Source: a bacterium | Lineage (GTDB): Bacteria; Zhuqueibacterota; Zhuqueibacteria; Oceanimicrobiales; Oceanimicrobiaceae | DNA: 57,376 nucleotides | Direction of reading: 5' to 3' | Assembly (NCBI GenBank): GCA_046758365.1 | Contig: JBHIAC010000006.1 | Span: 1-57,376 of the forward strand | Shown here: piece after piece, positions 26,477 to 35,700 of the stretch | How the letters are laid out: every line of letters starts with the position of its first letter | Numbering within the stretch: the stretch's first letter is position 1 | Translations under genes and position numbers: made by a program | Notes under the pieces: model-generated | Told to the model about the DNA's origin: nothing | What the model saw: the letters and a program-made list of their open reading frames with translations, nothing else | Databases searched by the model: none

Positions 26477-29098
26477 TTATTCCACACATGCTAATAAAAT
26501 TTCCTGGGCTCTTTCATAATTTGGTGCAATTTCCAAAGCATTCAAGGCCGATTTCTTTGCCTCAGATTTTCTGCCAGCCTGTAAAAATGCATAAGCCAAA
26601 TCACAGTAGGCTCCTGCTAAATCCTGCGGCTTGGTGAGAAGAAGAATCTGAAACTCCCGAATGGCATCTTCGAATCTATTTTCAGACAGATAGGCTGAAC
26701 CCAGCTTTTTATGTATGTCTGATTCAAAGGGCGAAATATAATTGGCCTTTTTAAGGGCTTCAACCGTACAGCTGTAATTTTTCATTTCCAAGCAAAGATC
26801 TGACAAGATTTTGAGTGCTTTCAAATCTTTACCATTTAAAGAGGTGTACATCAACAACTCTTCAATTGCTTTTTCTTTCAATCCCTTTTCCAAATAAATT
26901 TCTGCAAGTAGCACATAAGGATTGTTTTTTTGCACATAACCCGGAAAAAGTTCTTTGGCCTTTTTTAAATAAGGTATTGCTTTATCAGGCTCACCCTTCT
27001 TCTTATAATACATTCCAAACTGCAAATTTAAGAAAAGATTATTGGGGCTTTCTGCAATTTCATTTGATAAATATTCTGGTTCGTCCGTATGTGCAGCCAA
27101 TTCCTGAGGGTCATAGGAATAATCTACTTCTTCGAAATTATATTTATCTTTTATATAATTCTTAAATTCTTTATCAAAGATATCTATATTTTTTTCAAAT
27201 ACAGTTTGGATAACTTGGGGTGTATCTTTACCCGCTTTGAATTCGGGAAAGGTCTCAAGGAGCTTTTGATGTCCATATTTTTCCACAATGAACTCTACAA
27301 CTTTGGAAGCCTGAAAATAAGAAAGGGTCACTCGGCCAGGACTAGTGGGTCTGTTGAACCCAGCATCTAATTCCTTAAGAGGCAAGAGAAGTTTGTTTCT
27401 TAAAGCTGCAATAAATTGTAGGTCCAAATTCATATTCCAATAAGGTTTGGCCGTGGAGGTTTCATAAACAGCAATCCCTTCAGCCAACCAGCGAGGTATA
27501 CGATTTTCTGTGAGTCGTAAATGGGTTACATGTACCAACTCGTGCCATAAAGTTTCACCCCAGACAAAATCCCCTTTGGTTCGGGCTCTGGGAGAATCCA
27601 TGGCCACTACATTTCCAAAGCAAATTCCCAAAAAGGCTTGTGCACCAGGCATACCAAAACAGCGTACAGCAAAATCGTCATGCTCAGGGAAAATTTCTAC
27701 AACTACCGGATCGGACCAATCGATTGTGTATTTTCTGCTCAAATCGGAAAAACTTTCTTCAACCAAATCCTTGGCGTATTCAGACAAGATTGGATCCTCT
27801 TTTTCGTGAATCCGTAAAATAAATCGCTCGCTGTGGTGCGTTTTGTATTGTGGGAAAGAATCAAATAGCGTCAGTAGATTTCCAACATATTTGTTGTAGG
27901 GGTCTTTGGTGAAAGCCGCCTCTAACTCCATTTTGGCTTGCTTCTCTTTTCCTAAACGGCTTAAACTTGTGCCCAGACCCGCCCGAGCCGCCCAGTGATC
28001 GGGATCTATTGCCAAAGCTTTCTGGTAATACTCAACTGATTCTTTGAATAAATATCGCTTTGAAAGCACCTCAGCAATTTGAAAATACAAATCCCCATAC
28101 TTTGGATTAAGTGATAATATTTTTTCTTCTTCGTTTCTAAACTTTTTTGCATCTCCTAAAAAGTAAAAGCATACAGCTTGAAGTGAACGAGACGTTAGAG
28201 AATTTGGATTTATATTTAAAGGCGCTTCAAGCTTCTCAAGGGCTGTTTTAAAATCACCCACAGCGATTTCAAGTTCGGCTAAAAAATTATGAGCTTCGAT
28301 TAAATTTGGATTTATTGAAAGAGCTTGTTCAACCGCCTGTACGGCCTTCTCAAAACTAGAGTTAAGTAAACATTTAGCTAATCCCAAATGAGCTTCAGCC
28401 GAATTAGGATTTATTTTCAACGCATCTTGAAAAACACTCTGAGCATCTGGAATATTAAATTTTGACAAAAAAAGATTTCCCCAAGGAATATAAGCCTGCC
28501 AGAGATTTGAGTCAGCTTTAATGGCATCAAAAAATAAGTCATTGGCATCTCGAAATCGATCAAGATAAACATATGCCTGGGCAACGAGATTTAATTCATT
28601 TGCGTTTAGACTGCGATGAGATTGGTAATAGGAAATAAAATATCGGAGTGTTTGTCGGGCTGCCTTTTTCTCTCCCCATTCCCACTGCATAATACCCAAA
28701 TTTAATCGGGACGACAAATGATTGGGATACCGCTTTAAAGCTTTTTCATAATTTAACCTGGCCTTTTTATACCTCCCAGTTCGTTTAAATATATCTCCAA
28801 GAAGGGTTAAAGCCTCGGGGTGTTCAGGATAGATGGCCATAGCTCTTTGTAAGGTCTCTTCTGCTTCGGCGTATTCCCCTATTTCCATGAGTACACGCCC
28901 TAATCCAAGATAAGCTTCAAGGGCCAGACTTTTTTGTTTTGCTGCTTTTTCGAATTGAACAATGGCTTTCTCGTAATTGCCAGCCTGAAATAGCTGGTAA
29001 GCCTTTTGTATTTTATTATCTTGAAAGGCTAACAGATTCGAAGCAAAGGCGGCAAATAGAAAGCAAATAACAAGAGAATTTTGTTTATTGGGGTTCAA
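26477..29098 (-). CDS. exported TPR-repeat protein with central peptidase MA-like zincin domain
   Basis: Signal peptide, many TPR repeats, HELVH...WLAEG gluzincin motif. Confidence 0.85.
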   Translation of the reverse strand: MNPNKQNSLVICFLFAAFASNLLAFQDNKIQKAYQLFQAGNYEKAIVQFEKAAKQKSLALEAYLGLGRVLMEIGEYAEAEETLQRAMAIYPEHPEALTLLGDIFKRTGRYKKARLNYEKALKRYPNHLSSRLNLGIMQWEWGEKKAARQTLRYFISYYQSHRSLNANELNLVAQAYVYLDRFRDANDLFFDAIKADSNLWQAYIPWGNLFLSKFNIPDAQSVFQDALKINPNSAEAHLGLAKCLLNSSFEKAVQAVEQALSINPNLIEAHNFLAELEIAVGDFKTALEKLEAPLNINPNSLTSRSLQAVCFYFLGDAKKFRNEEEKILSLNPKYGDLYFQIAEVLSKRYLFKESVEYYQKALAIDPDHWAARAGLGTSLSRLGKEKQAKMELEAAFTKDPYNKYVGNLLTLFDSFPQYKTHHSERFILRIHEKEDPILSEYAKDLVEESFSDLSRKYTIDWSDPVVVEIFPEHDDFAVRCFGMPGAQAFLGICFGNVVAMDSPRARTKGDFVWGETLWHELVHVTHLRLTENRIPRWLAEGIAVYETSTAKPYWNMNLDLQFIAALRNKLLLPLKELDAGFNRPTSPGRVTLSYFQASKVVEFIVEKYGHQKLLETFPEFKAGKDTPQVIQTVFEKNIDIFDKEFKNYIKDKYNFEEVDYSYDPQELAAHTDEPEYLSNEIAESPNNLFLNLQFGMYYKKKGEPDKAIPYLKKAKELFPGYVQKNNPYVLLAEIYLEKGLKEKAIEELLMYTSLNGKDLKALKILSDLCLEMKNYSCTVEALKKANYISPFESDIHKKLGSAYLSENRFEDAIREFQILLLTKPQDLAGAYCDLAYAFLQAGRKSEAKKSALNALEIAPNYERAQEILLACVE

Positions 29099-29307
29099 AG
29101 CTTTACCTCGTTAACCTATACTATTTAATTAAACACCCGTTGATTCTTGTTAATTCCGAAGATTCTTATAGGGAGGTCTTATTAATTAATTGCATTCGGA
29201 CAATTTTGAAACTAAAATTTCGGACTTCAAATAGCGGTAATAAAAAATAAGTTATAATTGATACTTAGCAAAGTATGTCTATGTTCCTGATTTAATTTTA
29301 AAATCTT

Positions 29308-29336
29308 TGCAACCATTTTTAAAGCAAATTCGTCAA
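29308..29336 (+). promoter_or_regulatory. ECF-sigma-type promoter
   Basis: TGCAACC-N16-CGTCAA upstream of the PDZ lipoprotein gene. Confidence 0.5.
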
Positions 29337-29438
29337 ACTAATATTAGGTAAATATAAGATAGCATTTTGAAGCTTAGTGCTTTATTTCATAAATTCGGTG
29401 ACGTATTCTGGGATAAATCTTTGTATAAGGAGGATACT

Positions 29439-30578
29439 ATGAATAGAAAGTCTCACAGATTAAGCGAAGTAATCACTGCTTTGATGGTCCTTATCTTAAT
29501 CCAAATCGTGTTCGCAAGTTGTGGGCCTCAAAATCCTCGTTCAAGAGCAAGTGATAATGATGAACAAAGTTGGATAGGAGTTTACGTCCAGAACTTAGAT
29601 AAAGATATGAGACGTTATTTAGACATCAAGGAACGACACGGCGTACTGATTAACGATGTGGCTGAAGATAGTCCCGCCGAAGAGGCAGGTTTAAGAGAAG
29701 AGGATGTAATAATTAGATTTGATGGAAAAAGAATTAGAAATAACGAAGACCTCACCCGTGCCATTAGAAGAAAGGAACCCGGGGATAAAGTTAAGATTGA
29801 AATCATTCGAGACGGTGAGAAGAAAAAAGTTGAATTAAAAATTGGAGAAAGGCCGCGAGAATATTCCAGTCGTTTTTATAGAAGAGACCCGCGTCCATAC
29901 TTTTTCCCTTATGGAGAATACCGAAGACCGTGGCTGGGAATTCGTATGGCGGATTTGAACGAAGACTTAGCTGAATATTTCAAGGTGGATGAAAGAGACG
30001 GAGTGCTAATTTTATCAGTAGAAGAGGACAGTCCAGCCGAAGATGCCGAACTTAAAGCAGGCGATATAATCACACAAATTGACGACGAAAAGATAAGAGA
30101 CAGAGAAGATATTATAGCTATAATTGAAGATAAAGATATTGGCGATGAAATAGAAATTAAATTCATTAGAAAAGGAAATGAGCAAACGGTGAAAGCTGAG
30201 CTAGCAAGAGCCCCTAAAGCAGAATCTTTTTATTTTGATAAAGAGCGATTTAGAGACTGGAGGGATGAACTAAGAGAGTGGAAAGATAAAATTAAGTATG
30301 ATTTGAAGTACAAAATTAAACGCGATATTGAAAAGGCCTTAGATCATAAAAATTTGATTGAAGACATCGAGCGCGAACTTTCGGTCGAAATGGAGAAATT
30401 GGCTGAGGAATTGCAGAATCTTGAGATTCACCCCGCAAGAAGGGTGTTCATCTGGACATCGAATTTGAAAATTATGAGGATTCCATTTAGCAAAGAAATT
30501 GATGAATTGATATTTCAAACTATAAGCACAGCCGGAGCGCCGCTTGGTTATGGCCTCGATGCGTTTAAGAAAACTTGA
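29439..30578 (+). CDS. tandem-PDZ lipoprotein (HtrA-type PDZ domains, no protease domain)
   Basis: RBS AAGGAGG, lipobox FASC, two PDZ repeats (WIGV...SPAEEAGL; WLGI...SPAEDAEL), charged helical tail. Confidence 0.85.
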   Translation: MNRKSHRLSEVITALMVLILIQIVFASCGPQNPRSRASDNDEQSWIGVYVQNLDKDMRRYLDIKERHGVLINDVAEDSPAEEAGLREEDVIIRFDGKRIRNNEDLTRAIRRKEPGDKVKIEIIRDGEKKKVELKIGERPREYSSRFYRRDPRPYFFPYGEYRRPWLGIRMADLNEDLAEYFKVDERDGVLILSVEEDSPAEDAELKAGDIITQIDDEKIRDREDIIAIIEDKDIGDEIEIKFIRKGNEQTVKAELARAPKAESFYFDKERFRDWRDELREWKDKIKYDLKYKIKRDIEKALDHKNLIEDIERELSVEMEKLAEELQNLEIHPARRVFIWTSNLKIMRIPFSKEIDELIFQTISTAGAPLGYGLDAFKKT

Positions 30579-30646
30579 AAGCGCAGGATACAAAATTTCA
30601 TAGGTTTACTTATTAATGGTGTTCAAAAAGAGGTGTGAATTTCCCC

Positions 30647-30675
30647 TTGCTTTTTGCGCATAAATTCGCTACAAT
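30647..30675 (+). promoter_or_regulatory. sigma70-type promoter upstream of a hairpin-containing segment with no long ORF
   Basis: TTGCTT-N17-TACAAT. Confidence 0.45.
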
Positions 30676-30806
30676 TTAATAAATGGTCGTTTATCTTTTC
30701 CCTTGTCTTGCAAGGGAATTTGTCTTGATCTTATTTAGGTGGTACTCGGTATTACCCCCACCTCAAGATCCTAGCTTATAACGCAGATATGAAAAGATTT
30801 CTATGG

Positions 30807-30869
30807 TCGCAAATTGCGATTACCTTTAATCAGTTTTGTCTTGACTCAAACCCCTCATTTTCGTAACAT
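30807..30869 (+). promoter_or_regulatory. TCGCA-N3-TGCGA palindrome plus sigma70 promoter of hicBA
   Basis: TCGCAAATTGCGA at 30807-30819; TTGACT-N17-TAACAT at 30841-30869. Confidence 0.55.
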
Positions 30870-30933
30870 TCAGGTTAGGGTTAATGAAAATGATATGTGA
30901 CCAAAAGAGAACATCACCATCGATGGAGACTTG

Positions 30934-31179
30934 ATGAGAGAGTATAAGTACACCGTGTTTTTTGAACCGGCAGAAGAGGGCGGTTACATTGTCAGAGTAC
31001 CGGCCATTCCGGAAATCTGCACTGAGGGTGATACGCTTGAAGAAGCGCGGGTTATGGCTGAGGACGCTATCCGCTGTGTCATCGAGAGCAACATCAAATT
31101 GGGCGAACCCATCCCTGAAGATGTGGTGTTGGACAAAGAGCCGTTGAAAGAGCACGTGGCGGTTACCTTTGCGGTGTAA
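30934..31179 (+). CDS. hicB: HicB family antitoxin
   Basis: EEGGYIVRVPAIPEICTEGDTLEEARVMAEDAI...GEPIP; stop overlaps the hicA start (TAATG). Confidence 0.9.
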   Translation: MREYKYTVFFEPAEEGGYIVRVPAIPEICTEGDTLEEARVMAEDAIRCVIESNIKLGEPIPEDVVLDKEPLKEHVAVTFAV

Positions 31180-31406
31180 TGGGTAAACTGCCAGCCGTCA
31201 AACCCAGGGAAGTTATCAAGGCACTCCAACGTGCCGGATTTTATCTCCACCATCAGACCGGCAGTCACGTCCGCCTCATTCACCAAACCAAACCTCACCG
31301 CCGGGTTTCTATACCACTCCACAACAAAGACTTGAAGAAAGGCACATTCAAGAGCATTCTTCGTCACCCAGAGCTGAGTGTCGAGGAGTTTATAAAGCTT
31401 CTTTAG
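31179..31406 (+). CDS. hicA: HicA family mRNA interferase toxin
   Basis: KLPAVKPREVIKALQRAGF, GSH, VSIPLH, LKKGT. Confidence 0.9.
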   Translation: MGKLPAVKPREVIKALQRAGFYLHHQTGSHVRLIHQTKPHRRVSIPLHNKDLKKGTFKSILRHPELSVEEFIKLL

Positions 31407-31477
31407 TCCATTTCACACTTTAGACAAAGTGCGCACTTTTCCCTTGCTTAATGCTTGCATTTTAATACCATCTTTCT

Positions 31478-31560
31478 TAATTTGAGGTCCCACCGAAATA
31501 TCCTACCGGATATGTGGGAGACTACCCTGAGCCGGTCTATCTGGCTCAGGGTTTTTTATT
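31478..31560 (+). ncRNA. candidate small RNA: bulged hairpin followed by intrinsic terminator
   Basis: Promoter-like TTGCTT-N16-TACCAT or TTGCAT-N17-TAATTT; stem tcccac/gtggga with CGAA bulge and atatcc/ggatat; terminator directly after. Confidence 0.45.
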
Positions 31561-31562
31561 TT
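31524..31562 (+). terminator. intrinsic terminator
   Basis: accctgagcc / ggctcagggt stem followed by a T-tract. Confidence 0.8.
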
Positions 31563-31629
31563 ACCTGCCCGATAATTACCTGGCTTAATAAAGTTGTCAA
31601 GAAACCAAAATATGAAAGTGTTTTTTAGG

Positions 31630-31686
31630 TCACAGTTTGTGATGCCAAATTTTCCCCTTGACAACTGAAACTTTATTGTATATCTT
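31630..31686 (+). promoter_or_regulatory. TCACA-N3-TGTGA palindrome plus sigma70 promoter of the AbrB-RelE module
   Basis: TCACAGTTTGTGA at 31630-31642; TTGACA-N17-TATCTT at 31658-31686; three CACTAAA direct repeats follow. Confidence 0.55.
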
Positions 31687-31713
31687 GAGTTACACTAAAT
31701 AGTCCCACTAAAT

Positions 31714-32025
31714 ATGTCACTAAAAACAAAACTGAACGGAGCAGTTGACATCATGCCTTTTACCACACTGCGATACAAGGGTAGGGTTGTCATACCCAAA
31801 GAACTACGCCAAAAGTTCGGTCTCAAGGTCGGCGATAAATTCGAAGTCAAGGAGAATAACGGCCAAATCATCCTCATCCCCAAAAACACTCATGAGGCTT
31901 GGAACTGGACTAAGAGCTGGCAGAAGAAAATCAATGCCGCTCTCAAGGATGTAGAAGAAGGGCGGGTGAGCAACGCCCATGACAACCTCGAGGATGCCCT
32001 GAAAGAACTCAAGAAAAAAGTATGA
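31714..32025 (+). CDS. AbrB/MazE/SpoVT family antitoxin
   Basis: KGRVVIPKELRQKFGLKVGD, IILIP, W.WT..WQ; alternative start at 31753. Confidence 0.85.
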   Translation: MSLKTKLNGAVDIMPFTTLRYKGRVVIPKELRQKFGLKVGDKFEVKENNGQIILIPKNTHEAWNWTKSWQKKINAALKDVEEGRVSNAHDNLEDALKELKKKV

Positions 32026-32282
32026 GACTCCAATGGACTAAGGGTTTTACCAAAGACTACCAAAAACTTCCCCGGCATATTCAAAAACAAACTGATCAAA
32101 AGCTGGGGTTTTTATTAGAGAACATTAAGCATCCATCACTAAGAGTGAAAAAGGTCAAAGGTAGAAAAGAAGATATTTATGAGCTTAGTGTGACCATGAA
32201 TTATCGGCTGTTTTTTCAGATACAGCCCGACACCTATATTTTGTTAGCCATTGGCACGCATAAAGAAATCTTAGGACGGTAG
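32022..32282 (+). CDS. RelE/ParE superfamily toxin
   Basis: TKGFTKDYQKL, HPSLRVKKVKG, YRLFF, IGTH; ATGA overlap with the antitoxin gene. Confidence 0.85.
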   Translation: MRLQWTKGFTKDYQKLPRHIQKQTDQKLGFLLENIKHPSLRVKKVKGRKEDIYELSVTMNYRLFFQIQPDTYILLAIGTHKEILGR

Positions 32283-32308
32283 AGTTAGAAAATTCTAAAG
32301 GAGGCTTA

Positions 32309-32509
32309 TTGCAATTAGCCAATATCTTTTTGACTGTTTTAGTACTGGGACAGCTCACTAATTTAGTAATAGGTCAAGTTACCGATCCAGCTCTAATCTC
32401 ATGGTTAATAACTGGAGGGGTTGTTTCAGCACTTCTTCTCTATTTGTCCGGTGCTATATTCATTAAAAAGGCAGAGGAACTTGAATCTGTGAAAAAAGCA
32501 ATGCTATGA
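32309..32509 (+). CDS. small two-TM hypothetical protein
   Basis: Two hydrophobic segments, AAGGAGG upstream; may be N-terminally truncated. Confidence 0.45.
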   Translation: MQLANIFLTVLVLGQLTNLVIGQVTDPALISWLITGGVVSALLLYLSGAIFIKKAEELESVKKAML

Positions 32510-32607
32510 TTGAGCTACTTACAATAACCTTTATCGTCGTTGGCGTATTAAGCTTAGCCGCAGCACTGATTTTAAACCGTCCCGCTAAAGACCAACCTAA
32601 AAATTAA
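32506..32607 (+). CDS. 33-aa single-TM peptide
   Basis: ATGA overlap with the previous ORF; MIELLTITFIVVGVLSLAAALILNRPAKDQPKN. Confidence 0.45.
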   Translation: MIELLTITFIVVGVLSLAAALILNRPAKDQPKN

Positions 32608-32702
32608 CTCGGTCGTGCACAACTGCTGGCTTTCTTTATTGATTCTAAATTTTGAAATTTGTATTTTTTATATTTAAAAATTAAATCCGGAGGTTTGATA
32701 AA

Positions 32703-35700
32703 ATGAAAAATATTTGGATGCTTGCTGTGGTCCTTGTTTTACCTTCTCTAACACACCTTTATGCCGAAGAAGAATACTGGCAGCAATTTGTTCATTATCA
32801 AATGAACGTGACCCTATTACCCATAGAGCATGCGTTAAGGGGTGAAGAAACCATTATTTACAAAAATAACTCACCAGATACGCTTTACAATTTTTATTTA
32901 CATCTTTATCCTAACGCATATCGGAGTTCGGAATCCATTAAATCAAAAGAAGCCAGACGTTATTATCGGGCAATAATATCCAAACCTGAAGATGCTGGTT
33001 ATTTAACCATTGAGAGATTTCGCATTTTAAGTAAAAATACAAGCGACAGCGATAGTGTGCTGACAGCCTTCAAAATAAATGATACTATTCTTGAATCGGT
33101 TTTACCGGAACCCCTTCCACCGGGTGGAGAACTTCAAGTTGAGTTATCTTTTTACCTTAAAGTGAGAAAATTTGCCGGCCGGGCTGGATATCGAAACAAG
33201 CAGTACGATTTTGCCCAATGGTATCCTAAAGTTTGCGTTTATGATGAAACTGGTTGGAATGCCGAACCCTTTCATTACACTGGGGAATTTTATGGTGAAT
33301 TCGGAACCTATGATGTCACGATTAATGTTCCTTTTGAATATATAGTAGGTGCCACAGGAGAGGTAGTGGAAGGCGACCCCGGCTGGAATATGGTTAAAGT
33401 GGATACCTCTTTATCTGACGAAGAATGGCGGCAAGTTTCTAAAAAAATGAAAAAAGCGATTCGGGAACAGGCCAGAAATGGTAAAATAAGAACTGTGAAA
33501 TTCCATGCCGAGCAGGTTCACGATTTTGCCTGGGTCACCTGCCCCGATTTTTTGTACGAAAATGGTGAATGGGACGGAATTCCTATCCACGTCCTCTATC
33601 GGTCGTATGCAAAAAGAAGATGGAGTCAAGTGGTAACGATGCGCGGCGCTAGAGCTTTGGAGTGGCTTTCTACGAAATTCGGACGCTATCCTTACCCACA
33701 GCTTACTATCGTGCATGGCCTACTCGGCGGTGGCATGGAGTACCCAATGCTGGTCATGAATGGTTCTGAAAGTGAAGGGCTAATTTTACATGAAGTTGGA
33801 CACATTTATTTTTACGGCATTTTTGGAAATAATGAATGGAAAGAAGCCTGGCTGGATGAAGGATTCACCACCTTTCAAACACGTTGGTATATGGAAACAC
33901 GCTACGGTAAATTGGGATATGATCGGACTGAAGTGTTGAAAAGAGCTAACTGGCTGCAAAGACATCGTCCGAGAAAAACACGACGAAACTTAGTCCGAGA
34001 CAGCGCTCTTAACTATATGAACTCTGGACATAATGAACCTATTTCGAAATATGCCCATCAATTTACCGAACCGTTAGATTACAGGATGAACGCTTACACC
34101 AAGGGTTCTTTCTTTTACGATTTGCTTAAATATATTGTTGGAGATGAAACTTTTGAAAATATTTGTCACGAGTATTTTAACCAATGGGCCCTAAAGCACG
34201 TTAATGAAGCTCGGTTCAAAGAAGTTTGTGAAGATGTGAGTGGCATGGATTTAGATTGGTTTTTTGAGCAGTGGTTACACAACTCTGTGACAGTCGATTA
34301 TGCTTTAGGAAAAACTAAAAAGAAAAAAATCGATGATCTTTGGGTTACCGAAGTAGAAATTAAACGAAACAACGAAGGCATAATGCCTGTGGAAGTGCAG
34401 CTCACGACTCAATCCGGTGAAAAATTTGTACAGCGCTGGGACGGTAAAGACTCCAAGGGTACGGTTACCTTTAAATCTACTTCCAAACCCGAAGAAGTCA
34501 TCTTGGATCCTCAAGATGCTATTTTAGATAACACTCGCATAAATAATGGCCCACTAAAAGTTAAATTTCTCTTTGAATATCCCAATATGTCTTATTCACC
34601 AAGAGATGCCTATTTGGTGACCTGGCGGCCCAGTGGTTGGTATAATGAAGTGGATAAAGCTCGATTGGGCGGTCGGTTGAAAGGTCGCTATGGAATCATC
34701 AGAAATTTTGAATTGGGCACCTGGATTGGATTGGATTCACAAGCATGGGATGGCAGGTTTCGGTATTTCAACCCCATTTCTCCCCTGGGTCCTCGAACCT
34801 CGGGCTCAATCATGGTACAGAAAATGGAAGGACGATTTGAAGTAGATGCCCATCTGTCTCTTGTCAAAGGAAAGTATCTGGCGATTCCTCCACAACACCA
34901 TATTTGGGTCGGGTTTAACCATTCCCAGCTTGTTGGCAGTAACAGTGAAGATTATACTTTAAGAGAATTTGACCAAAAGAACGACCTAACTATAGCCACT
35001 TGGGAAAAAGGAAAAGTCAATAAATTGTATTTTCGCTATTGGGTTAATCCCAGGGGGCTAAACTGGTTTTTAAATCTTAGGCTTGGATTTGATTCGGTAC
35101 AAGAAGACTGGGGCAGTGATTTTACTTACAATTCGGTATTCTCAGAATTAAAAATCTGGCTGCCCAAATACAATGAAGGCGTATTTTTAAGATTCTATGG
35201 CGGAAAAATTTTTAATTCAGAGAATGTGCCAATTCAAGATTTACTTTTTTTAGATGGAGCCAATCCAAGAGAACGATTCAAACGGTTTTATCTTAGAAGT
35301 GATGGTTCCTTACCCGAGGAACTTCACTACCATCTCCCAGGCGGCGGTAATCTTCGTGGATATTACAACAATCCAATAATTGGCGATCAAATTTTTGCTT
35401 TAAATGTTGAACTTCGAAGAAATTTGAAGCAAAAATCTTTTAACCGAAGCCAACGCTCCATTCTCAGAACCATGAGTTTAGTGGCTTTTATTGACTTAGC
35501 TACTATGGATATTATTGACTCGAAAAACAAATTTTTTGCGGATGCAGGATTCGGGATTCGATTTCAAAAATTCTTACCAGACAATTGGTACACGATCTTT
35601 ACGGGTGGACGGAATTTAACTATCCGTCTTGATTTTCCCATCTGGGTGAATGAGCCACTGCCAGATGAAAACAGCGTTCGGTTTCGTTGGGTCTTTGGTT

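Noticed and set aside
31693..31724. CACTAAA triple direct repeat as a CRISPR or iteron array
   Set aside because: Three 7-bp units only; more simply an antitoxin operator
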